This document shows, one piece after another, positions 45,895-53,348 of a DNA stretch of 64,000 nt. Source of the stretch: a virus; IMG/VR virus record IMGVR_UViG_3300048861_000143, positions 25,078 to 89,077 of that record; one strand, given 5' to 3'. Each line of letters opens with the position of its first letter. The first letter of the stretch is position 1. Both the position numbers and the translations under genes were made by a program. Below the pieces are notes generated by a model. That model was not told the origin of the DNA. It made no database searches and saw nothing but the letters and a program-made list of their open reading frames with translations.

Positions 45895-45914
45895 CGCTTT
45901 CCAGGGAGGCTTGG

Positions 45915-46100
45915 ATGTTAGTGGTGATAACCGAGGGCGGAGGCTTATGGAGCTACACGGACGAGGAAAGCCTTCACTTCCGGATCTTGCGGGAGGAGGC
46001 GGCCCGAGGAACGCGCCCCAATTTCTATGATGTGTGGTCTTGGGACGAGGTCTGTGACGCTAAGGGCGCGGGCATGATCTCCGGCGAGGAGCTGGCATGA
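45915..46100 (+). CDS. Hypothetical protein (61 aa)
   Basis: MLVVITEGGGLWSYTDEE...; GGGAGG RBS. Confidence 0.6.
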   Translation: MLVVITEGGGLWSYTDEESLHFRILREEAARGTRPNFYDVWSWDEVCDAKGAGMISGEELA

Positions 46101-46363
46101 CCCCGCGCGGCCGCGTTCTGACGTGCGTTTTCTCGACTGGCGTGGCTTGGGCCGATCGGGAGCGCGAGCGCGATGGGGATTACGTCAGGCTGGCGTTCCT
46201 GCCGTTCGACACGCTCGAGCTCAAGGTTGCGCCGGACTGCCCCGAGCACCTCAAGGCGGGCATCCAGCGGGAGGCTGCGGCCGTCCAGGCTCGGCGCGGG
46301 CAGGAATACCAAATCTCGACCAGCGGCCAGACCGTGAGGCTCGGCCAGGAACGGAGGATTTGA
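46097..46363 (+). CDS. Hypothetical protein
   Basis: 88 aa; ATGA coupling. Confidence 0.6.
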   Translation: MTPRGRVLTCVFSTGVAWADRERERDGDYVRLAFLPFDTLELKVAPDCPEHLKAGIQREAAAVQARRGQEYQISTSGQTVRLGQERRI

Positions 46364-46602
46364 TGCCCAAGTTTACGCTCGTGCTCAAGGAGCACCGCAC
46401 CCAAATCCGCTACTTCGAAATTGAAGCGGAGGCTGACACACTAGATCAGGCGGCCGAACTCGCCATTGAGCAGTACGGTCAAGAGGACAAGTTTTTCGAG
46501 CAACTCGACGCCACGCTGCCGGACGATACCTGGTATGAGGCCGAAATCGCCCATCACGACGAGGCCGGCATCTATCACGTTCTGGTCCCAATGGACCATT
46601 AA
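46363..46602 (+). CDS. Acidic hypothetical protein (79 aa)
   Basis: MPKFTLVLKEHRTQIRYFEIEAEADTLDQA...; TGATG coupling. Confidence 0.65.
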   Translation: MPKFTLVLKEHRTQIRYFEIEAEADTLDQAAELAIEQYGQEDKFFEQLDATLPDDTWYEAEIAHHDEAGIYHVLVPMDH

Positions 46603-46793
46603 GGCGCAAGCATTGACCAAGTATAGGTTCGTGCAACACACGGACTGCGAGTTGGTGGAGGAAATGCACCTCCCCTCGCCTCCATCCGTGGGAGCGTATG
46701 TGCGGCTGACCACGGAGCTCGGGCACGTTGGCTTGTGGCTCGTGCGTCGGGTGACACCGCACCGAACCTATACCGAGGTCCGGGTCGAATAGG

Positions 46794-46812
46794 AGGCGGC
46801 AATCAAGCCGCC
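46794..46812 (+). promoter_or_regulatory. Early-arm hairpin element copy 5
   Basis: AGGCGG-CAATCAAG-CCGCC; AGGAGG RBS, ATG at 46831. Confidence 0.8.
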
Positions 46813-46830
46813 GCCTAGAAAGGAGGCACT

Positions 46831-47019
46831 ATGGATCCCCTATCCGAGACGTGGCTTCGCATCTGGTATCCGGGCGAGGAAGTGGATGCCCATGTCGCAG
46901 CGGAGCGCGCCAGGGCCGAGGCTGCCGAGCTCGCGCGGGAGTCGGCGACACTGGCTCAGTGGCGCGCCGCCTCGGCGGCTGGCACGCTCCACACGCTTCT
47001 CCCGCCCGACGAGCTCTGA
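46831..47019 (+). CDS. Hypothetical protein
   Basis: 62 aa; strong RBS. Confidence 0.65.
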   Translation: MDPLSETWLRIWYPGEEVDAHVAAERARAEAAELARESATLAQWRAASAAGTLHTLLPPDEL

Positions 47020-47029
47020 GGAGGAGCGC

Positions 47030-47371
47030 ATGACCGAAGACCAGATGGCGAAGCTGGAGAGCATCAAGAACTTCCACACTCGGTATGAGGTGGAGGTCGT
47101 GCGGACCGCTGACGGGGCGAGGCGGTTGGTTTGCTACACGCCACGCAAGAGCCGTCGCGGACTCGCTGACGCGATCGGCCAACGAGCCTCTTCCATCAAG
47201 GCGTTCTTGGGCCTTGGCGAGCAAGCGATGGGAGATTTTCGCGGCACCACGGAGTATCTCGTTTTCCCGAACGTTGGCTCGATACGGTTCTCGGGCCGGA
47301 CGCAACGGGACGCCATCCTCGCCGGCGAATTGACCTATGTGGTCGAGGAGGTGGCAGACAAGGCCGCGTGA
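47030..47371 (+). CDS. Hypothetical protein (113 aa)
   Basis: MTEDQMAKLESIKNFH...; GAGGAG RBS. Confidence 0.65.
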   Translation: MTEDQMAKLESIKNFHTRYEVEVVRTADGARRLVCYTPRKSRRGLADAIGQRASSIKAFLGLGEQAMGDFRGTTEYLVFPNVGSIRFSGRTQRDAILAGELTYVVEEVADKAA

Positions 47372-47429
47372 CACATCGGCAGCAGGCGGGGCGATGCTCG
47401 GCCTGCTGTCCATGCGCCATGCATGGGCG

Positions 47430-47445
47430 GCGGCAATCAGGCCGC
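47430..47445 (+). promoter_or_regulatory. Early-arm hairpin element copy 6
   Basis: GCGG-CAATCAGG-CCGC; ATG at 47467. Confidence 0.8.
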
Positions 47446-47466
47446 GGCCAGGTGGAGGCAATCGCA

Positions 47467-48027
47467 ATGACCGAGGAAGTCACATACGGGCTGCTGATCC
47501 AGCGGTTTCACCGCTACGGGTCGGAGCATGTCTCGGCGAAGGTAATGCAGAAAAAGCCCGGAGACGATTTCCCAACTCACATCGGAAGCTTCTCGTCGTG
47601 GGATGGTCGGTGGGACCTCGCCGACCTGGGCATTTACGGGATGGTCTCCGACGGCAGCTTCGGCAAGCCTGAGCACTTCCTGTGTGGAAGCGGGATCGAG
47701 TGGGAGGATACCGGCCGCGTGCCACTAGGCCGAGCGAAGGCGATGGCGAAGATGGCCGCCAAGATCGAAAAGGCGCTTTCCGCAGAGGATGCCCGCGAGC
47801 CTGGGGATATGTTCATGGTCCTGGCCAAGATCGCCGGCGCTCGGTGGGTGGCGATGCCCCGCGGCGGCGAGCCGAACGGATCATCTTCGCTCCGGGACGA
47901 GCGGTGGGTCTGGTACACCGTGCCCGAGGGACGGAACCGGTATCGCCAACTGATCCAGGAGGCCGAGGAGGCCGTCCGAAAGCGGATTGGCTGGAAGCCC
48001 AAGGCCGAGATGTCCGAGGCAGCCTGA
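47467..48027 (+). CDS. Hypothetical protein (186 aa)
   Basis: MTEEVTYGLLIQRFHRYG...; GGAGG RBS. Confidence 0.65.
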   Translation: MTEEVTYGLLIQRFHRYGSEHVSAKVMQKKPGDDFPTHIGSFSSWDGRWDLADLGIYGMVSDGSFGKPEHFLCGSGIEWEDTGRVPLGRAKAMAKMAAKIEKALSAEDAREPGDMFMVLAKIAGARWVAMPRGGEPNGSSSLRDERWVWYTVPEGRNRYRQLIQEAEEAVRKRIGWKPKAEMSEAA

Positions 48028-48081
48028 CGAGTTGGGAGCCAGCGGCTCGATCCGCTGTCTCCTCATGCGCCAGGAGCGCAG

Positions 48082-48105
48082 CGCTGCGGTAATCGGGCCG
48101 CGGCG
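48082..48105 (+). promoter_or_regulatory. Early-arm hairpin element copy 7
   Basis: CGCTGCGG-TAATCGGG-CCGCGGCG; ATG at 48121. Confidence 0.85.
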
Positions 48106-48120
48106 AGGTGGGAGATCCCC

Positions 48121-48891
48121 ATGGACCGAGAAGCCATCCTGAACCGCCTTCGCGCCTTGGCCGCGAGGACGACGGACAACGGATGTACCGAGGCCGAGGC
48201 GCTCATGGCCGCCTCCAAGCTGGCGAGCATGATGGACCGCTACGACTTCGACCAGGCCGACCTCGCCACATCCGGTGAGCCCGAGGAGGTGGTCAACAGG
48301 AACCACTTCGTCCCGCGCACGAAGACGCTGGGAAACCTCAAATTCGTGCTGAAAGCCACGGCCGAGTTCTGCGACTGCCGGGTGTGGGGATCCAATGCGC
48401 AGGTCGAGAAGCGTGGACGTGTCGAGGTTGGTGTCTACTTTGGGCGCGAGAGTGACGTGCTGATGGCGGTCTACCTTACGCACCTGTTCGAGACCGCTGC
48501 ACGTACGGGCTGGTCCGAGTATCGCGCCAGTCTTGGAGCCGTGCTCGATCCTGTCACGGGTCGGCCGAAGGCGAACGGCAACAAGATGGACCGAAACTCG
48601 TTCGAGTGCGGCATGATGAAGCGGTTGAGCGAGCGCCTGCGCGAGATGAAGGCGGCGCGGAATGCTCATGTAGACGATCAGACCGGGCGCACCGGACAGA
48701 GCCTCGTGGTCACGAAGAACCGGCTTGTCGAGCAAGCCTTTCAAGCGCTGTCGGTCAAGCTTCACAGCCGGAACTACAAGACGAGGTTCAACGTGGCTGG
48801 ATACGACGCGGGCCGAAGCGCGGCCGATCGGGTCAACATCACCACAGGGATCGGCGGCAGCTCGCGCCAGTCGGCGGCGTTGCTGACATGA
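48121..48891 (+). CDS. DUF2786 domain protein
   Basis: ILNRLRALAARTTDNGCTEAEALMAASKLASMMDRYD N-terminus. Confidence 0.85.
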   Translation: MDREAILNRLRALAARTTDNGCTEAEALMAASKLASMMDRYDFDQADLATSGEPEEVVNRNHFVPRTKTLGNLKFVLKATAEFCDCRVWGSNAQVEKRGRVEVGVYFGRESDVLMAVYLTHLFETAARTGWSEYRASLGAVLDPVTGRPKANGNKMDRNSFECGMMKRLSERLREMKAARNAHVDDQTGRTGQSLVVTKNRLVEQAFQALSVKLHSRNYKTRFNVAGYDAGRSAADRVNITTGIGGSSRQSAALLT

Positions 48892-48949
48892 TCCGCACGC
48901 TTGCATTGGCGCTGCTCGGACTCACGACGTTCAGGAAAGGAGGTTCAAT

Positions 48950-49399
48950 TTGCGTACCCTGACACAAGATGAAATCAAGGCCGCGCTCGCCACGCTGATT
49001 AGCAATGGCCTCACGTTTAGTCAGTGCGTGCAAGCCTTCCATGATCGCTCGCTCCCATATGAGAAGATCTATATCAGGCACGCGAAAACCAAGGCAGGCG
49101 AGGTCGAGGTAGACTCCAACGCCATAGTCTCGGTGAGCGATGACAACGGCGCCTACGTCATGGCGTGGCTCTGGGTGGCTGACTCTGACATCTGGAAGGG
49201 TCCGACCGACAGTGACGGCGAACCATGCCGGTTCGTAAACCACTACCACTGCGAGGAGTGTGACCAAACATGGTCGGACCAGTGGTCGTGCGCTTGCAAT
49301 GACGAGTGTCCTTCATGCGGCGCCGAGATCGAGCCAACCGAAAGCACTGAGCTGGATCTCGAGGGCAGTCCAATAGACGAGCTTGAAGTCACAGCCTGA
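48950..49399 (+). CDS. Hypothetical protein with Zn ribbon
   Basis: FVNHYHCEECDQTWSDQWSCACNDECPSCG. Confidence 0.7.
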   Translation: MRTLTQDEIKAALATLISNGLTFSQCVQAFHDRSLPYEKIYIRHAKTKAGEVEVDSNAIVSVSDDNGAYVMAWLWVADSDIWKGPTDSDGEPCRFVNHYHCEECDQTWSDQWSCACNDECPSCGAEIEPTESTELDLEGSPIDELEVTA

Positions 49400-49450
49400 C
49401 CGTTGGGGAGTGGCCGCCGAGTGCGGCCCCTCTCTATGGGCCAGCCCATA

Positions 49451-49472
49451 CGAGCGGCAATCGAGCCGCTCG
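49451..49472 (+). promoter_or_regulatory. Early-arm hairpin element copy 8
   Basis: CGAGCGG-CAATCGAG-CCGCTCG; AAGGAG RBS, ATG at 49489. Confidence 0.85.
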
Positions 49473-49488
49473 ACCAAGGAGAAATCAG

Positions 49489-49662
49489 ATGGCGAAGACC
49501 TCGAGGGTGAAAAATCGCAAGCGCGCGGCTGAAATGTTGCGTAAGCTCGTGGACGGCGAGTGCGGCGAGGGCCTCCGCCGGTCTGCCCTGCGGATGGCCG
49601 AACGCCTTGAAGGCCGGCCGGTCCCGCGGGTTCGCCAGATCGTTTTCCTCTCCAACTCGTAG
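49489..49662 (+). CDS. Basic small protein (57 aa)
   Basis: MAKTSRVKNRKRAAEMLRKLVDGECGEGLRRSALRMAERLEG...; below the ORF-track cutoff. Confidence 0.6.
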   Translation: MAKTSRVKNRKRAAEMLRKLVDGECGEGLRRSALRMAERLEGRPVPRVRQIVFLSNS

Positions 49663-49698
49663 CCGGGGGCGCATCGCCTCCGACCAGGATTACCCGAA

Positions 49699-50019
49699 AT
49701 GCGGAACGACAACATTCGCAGGCTGGCCGAGATGGTCAGCCGCCAGAGAGACGGCGAGCACGCCAGCAAGGTTGTGCTCGCTGGGTGTGTAGCGTGGCCC
49801 GAGCAAATGCGCCCGATCCTGGACATTCCCGGACTGTCCGAGAGGTCGCTTGCGGCGCTGGTGCCGATCGCAACCGGTCTCGCCTTGAGACGGCCGACCT
49901 GCCAGCCCCAGGTTCGAGCGATGTGGCTCGCAGTGCAGCGGGATCACCCTTCTGCGCGGCCAGCCGAGGATCTGCGGCTCCAAAAGCGTGACCTCGGCGC
50001 GCGCTACCTCTGCGGATGA
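49699..50019 (+). CDS. Hypothetical protein
   Basis: 106 aa ORF in operon orientation. Confidence 0.4.
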   Translation: MRNDNIRRLAEMVSRQRDGEHASKVVLAGCVAWPEQMRPILDIPGLSERSLAALVPIATGLALRRPTCQPQVRAMWLAVQRDHPSARPAEDLRLQKRDLGARYLCG

Positions 50020-50030
50020 GGGAGGAAATC

Positions 50031-50228
50031 ATGCCAGCAGACAAGTATGAGATCGACGCTGCGGTTCTGGGCTTCTACAGGGACGAGAACACGGGGAAGT
50101 GGAGGCACCCAGACTGCCGGGAGTATGCCACCACGAAGGCTCGTTACGCCGTTGAGGATTACGGCATGATCCAGGTGCAGAAGATACAGCTTGCCAAGGC
50201 GAACGAACCACGGAGACACACGTCGTGA
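50031..50228 (+). CDS. Hypothetical protein
   Basis: MPADKYEIDAAVLGFYRDE...; GGAGG RBS. Confidence 0.6.
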   Translation: MPADKYEIDAAVLGFYRDENTGKWRHPDCREYATTKARYAVEDYGMIQVQKIQLAKANEPRRHTS

Positions 50229-50301
50229 GCCCGAGCGCTCGCGCGCAAACGAGTTGATGTCTCCAGCCCTGCCGCTATCGTGGCGGGGCGCTGACGCATT
50301 G

Positions 50302-50335
50302 CCTTGCAGACGAGTGGATTGTCTCGTCTGCAAGG
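50302..50335. terminator. 13-bp perfect hairpin
   Basis: CCTTGCAGACGAG-TGGATTGT-CTCGTCTGCAAGG upstream of element copy 9. Confidence 0.55.
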
Positions 50336-50357
50336 TCATACGCCAGAACAGCGTAGG

Positions 50358-50381
50358 CGCTGCGGTAATCGGGCCGCAGCG
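50358..50381 (+). promoter_or_regulatory. Early-arm hairpin element copy 9
   Basis: CGCTGCGG-TAATCGGG-CCGCAGCG; ATG at 50402. Confidence 0.85.
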
Positions 50382-50401
50382 AAGCAAGAGAGAGTGGGCA
50401 C

Positions 50402-51580
50402 ATGCCGCTCGAGGTAACTGCAAAATTCGACGTTTCCCAGGACACGGGTCGCACCGACTGGTCGCTGTCGCGCCAGTGGGCGTCTCGCCCGAAGGACCAG
50501 CGCTTTGTCACGCTGGAAGAGATGCGGACCATGCTCGACGCGCGCTCTGCCAAGTCCAGCACCATCGACCTGCCGATCGGTCGCATCCGGCCCGAGCTGG
50601 ACAGTGACGGAGAGCTCGGGTTCGAGGCGGAGGGTAAGCTGTTCCGACCGACGAATTACAGCTTCCAGCAGCTCTGCCGTTCGATCGACGTGCCGTCATT
50701 CTTCCTGACGAACACGCTCAAGGACGCACCCTGGTTGGTGGCCGAAAACCTCCGGTACGGTGTCAAGGCGCACCCGGATCAGGACAAGGATGTTCAGTTC
50801 TACGTCTCGGGCGACAACCTCCGGGCCGTGACCGGCCCCAACTACGGCCGCATCGAAGATCGTGAGGTGCTGCGCGCGGCGATGGAGGCTTTCGCCGAGA
50901 GCGGGTGCAACTGGCAGGTGCCAACCGCATTCGCCCGGCCAGGGACGCCATACAAGTGCATTGACCCCTCCCTCGAGGAGACGACGCTCTACGCCTCCGA
51001 CCGGGACATGTACCTCTGCCTCGTCGATCAGGAGAACCCGATCGAGGCCGGCTTCATCACAGATCCCCGGACCGGGGCGCGCATCCCTGACCTCTATTCG
51101 CGGGGCGTCATCATCAAGCATGGCGAGTGCGGTGATCGGAAGGGCGAGATCTGGTCCTTCCTGTATCGCTGGATCTGCTGCAACCGCTCGATCCGCGAGC
51201 AGAAGCTGCTGCAGAAGCTCTCATGGCGGCACACCGCGAACGTGCGCGACCACTTCCACAGCAACGTGGTTCCCGCCCTTCAGGCGTTCGTCAACGGCTC
51301 GGCCGCTGGCGTGGCTGGAGCAATCAAGTCGGCACGCGAGGCAACCGTCGTGAGAACCGTCGAGGAGTCGATCCCCTGGATGGTTGAGACCCTGAAGATC
51401 TCGGCCGACAAGGCCACGGAGGTCGCGCGCATCGGCCTCGAGGAGGAAGGACGCCCGATCGAGACGCTCTACGATGTTGTGCAGGCAGTGAGCGCGTTCG
51501 CCCGCCGCATGCCCCATCAGGATGAGCGCGTCCTGGTCGAGCGCCAGGTTGGGCGCCTGCTCGACAAAGTCGCGGCCTAA
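50402..51580 (+). CDS. DUF932 family protein
   Basis: LSRQWASRPKDQRFVTLEE, LRAVTGPNYGRI, TLYASDRDMY.CLVD, R.ICCNRSI. Confidence 0.85.
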   Translation: MPLEVTAKFDVSQDTGRTDWSLSRQWASRPKDQRFVTLEEMRTMLDARSAKSSTIDLPIGRIRPELDSDGELGFEAEGKLFRPTNYSFQQLCRSIDVPSFFLTNTLKDAPWLVAENLRYGVKAHPDQDKDVQFYVSGDNLRAVTGPNYGRIEDREVLRAAMEAFAESGCNWQVPTAFARPGTPYKCIDPSLEETTLYASDRDMYLCLVDQENPIEAGFITDPRTGARIPDLYSRGVIIKHGECGDRKGEIWSFLYRWICCNRSIREQKLLQKLSWRHTANVRDHFHSNVVPALQAFVNGSAAGVAGAIKSAREATVVRTVEESIPWMVETLKISADKATEVARIGLEEEGRPIETLYDVVQAVSAFARRMPHQDERVLVERQVGRLLDKVAA

Positions 51581-51587
51581 GCAAAGC

Positions 51588-51607
51588 GGCGCACCGCGAG
51601 GTGCGCC
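51588..51607 (+). terminator. GNRA-capped hairpin followed by pyrimidine tract
   Basis: GGCGCACC-GCGA-GGTGCGCC just after the DUF932 stop. Confidence 0.5.
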
Positions 51608-51639
51608 ATCCCCTTCCCTCTGTTCCAAGGATTGCACCA

Positions 51640-52335
51640 ATGACCCACCCGAATGACACGTTCCGCTATGCCAGCCGCGGCGCTGCGATCGAGGCCGCGG
51701 AGATGGCCGGACTGGATCTCGACGATCTCGTGGTCAAGCAGCTCGGCGGCGTGTGGGGCTGGCTGGTGGAGGGTGCCGATGATGCCCCGCCTTCCCCGCC
51801 CCAGAACCCCGCCCAGACGGCCCCTGAGCCGTCCCCCGGGGTGGTTGTGCGGTTGCCGCCGGTGAACCGCCCGGCCCCCTCCCCTGCGCCATCAGTGAGC
51901 GCCACGATGGACCCTTCCCGTCAGCCTGAGCCGGGCGATCTCGTCCTCCAGTATCTCGGTCCTCAGCCGGCGATGGGCGCCATCCTGATGGCGGAGGAAA
52001 TGGCGAAGCAGCATGAAGGCTTCTTCGTCTTGAAGAATGCCATCACGGGCGAGGTGGTGAAGATCGTGCAGGGCAAGAAGCCACGCAACTCCAGCGGGCT
52101 CACCGCCGAGCAGCACGCCAAGATGATCGAGATGTGCTGCGACGATGGCGGCACCACAGCTCGTCGGCTGGACCAGGAACTTGGGGTCAAGAAGACCGGC
52201 CCGCAGTGGGTCAAGATCCTGACTGCCTGCGCCGACTACGAGTTCGATGGCAGCACTGCGATCCAGGAGAACGGACGCCCGACACAGGTTTACATCCTGC
52301 GCCGCAAGGCGGAGTTGGAAGAAAAAGCGGCGTGA
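51640..52335 (+). CDS. Hypothetical protein with winged-helix-like C-terminus (paralog of 44552-45226)
   Basis: MTHPNDTFRYASRGAAIEAA...MIEMCCDDGGT...RPTQVYIL. Confidence 0.7.
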   Translation: MTHPNDTFRYASRGAAIEAAEMAGLDLDDLVVKQLGGVWGWLVEGADDAPPSPPQNPAQTAPEPSPGVVVRLPPVNRPAPSPAPSVSATMDPSRQPEPGDLVLQYLGPQPAMGAILMAEEMAKQHEGFFVLKNAITGEVVKIVQGKKPRNSSGLTAEQHAKMIEMCCDDGGTTARRLDQELGVKKTGPQWVKILTACADYEFDGSTAIQENGRPTQVYILRRKAELEEKAA

Positions 52336-52672
52336 TGCGTCGGAGCGACCGGCCGGCGGGGAGCTTAGCTCCCCGAGTTCTGTTACTAGCCATGGCGACG
52401 GCGTTCCTCATCGAGGTGACGCCCGTTGACTGGCTCAACGACCTGATGACGAGCGAGGGCTGCGGCGGAGCGCCCGCAATCCAGATGGGATACCGAACGG
52501 GCTGGCGCTGCGATGTCCCGGACTATGGCAGCGCTCCTCCGCACAAGCGCCGGCATAGCAAGCGCGAAGACCGCGATACCAGGAGACGGGAGCAGGATTT
52601 CGGCCAGCGCTGAGGCCGAAAGGCATGGGGAGCGTGCGCGTTACGCGGCGCTCTCCCTATGCCACGCGAACA

Positions 52673-52692
52673 CTGCGGCAATCGGGCCGCAG
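52673..52692 (+). promoter_or_regulatory. Early-arm hairpin element copy 10
   Basis: CTGCGG-CAATCGGG-CCGCAG; GTG at 52714. Confidence 0.8.
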
Positions 52693-52713
52693 GAACGATC
52701 GGAGGAATGAACC

Positions 52714-52902
52714 GTGCCACGGTTTAACATCGAGGGAATCGTCCACCTCGCCGAAGGCTTTCAGATATCGGTGGAAGCCGAAGACGAAAGAGCCGCTGAG
52801 AAACTGGCAATGCGGATGCTCAATCGTTGTGCCTTTCGCGAAGCTGAGCTCCAGGAAGTGTGCATCTCGACTTGTCAAGAGGTCACATCAGAGAAGCGGT
52901 AA
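52714..52902 (+). CDS. Hypothetical protein
   Basis: 62 aa; GGAGG RBS. Confidence 0.6.
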   Translation: MPRFNIEGIVHLAEGFQISVEAEDERAAEKLAMRMLNRCAFREAELQEVCISTCQEVTSEKR

Positions 52903-52998
52903 CTTCACGCAACGGAACAAGCCCAGGCAACGCAAGGAGATAACTACCAGCGAGCGACGCCGCGCGGCTCTTTTGGGCTTGGCGCGCGCGCCGTTGGC

Positions 52999-53014
52999 GT
53001 GGTAATTTTACCAC
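52999..53014. promoter_or_regulatory. Operator-like palindrome next to TTGACG
   Basis: GTGGTAA-TT-TTACCAC immediately 5' of a -35-like TTGACG. Confidence 0.5.
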
Positions 53015-53049
53015 CTTGACGGCTAGGCGGGACACGAGAGATCACCACG

Positions 53050-53283
53050 ATGCAAGCAAAAGCACCTGAGAACCAGGACCTATTTGCGCCTTCGCCGTCG
53101 GCGCCAGCGGCGATCCGCGAGGAGTTCACAACAGTCGCGCAGGCGCACGCGTGGATTGACCGCAACGGTTGGCTTCCTCGCCACGGCGGCGGCTATGAGC
53201 GGGCCGGTTCAGGCGTTGGCAAGCTCTTCGGTGAGAAGAGCAAGAACAGTGACGCTACGGTGCTGGTGTTCGAGGCGCCCTGA
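53050..53283 (+). CDS. Hypothetical protein
   Basis: 77 aa. Confidence 0.55.
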   Translation: MQAKAPENQDLFAPSPSAPAAIREEFTTVAQAHAWIDRNGWLPRHGGGYERAGSGVGKLFGEKSKNSDATVLVFEAP

Positions 53284-53311
53284 TCCGCGCCCGTGCACCA
53301 CTACTCAGGAC

Positions 53312-53329
53312 TGCGGTAATCGGGCCGCA
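53312..53329 (+). promoter_or_regulatory. Early-arm hairpin element copy 11
   Basis: TGCGG-TAATCGGG-CCGCA; ATG at 53349. Confidence 0.8.
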
Positions 53330-53348
53330 ATCAAGCGAGAGCATCATC

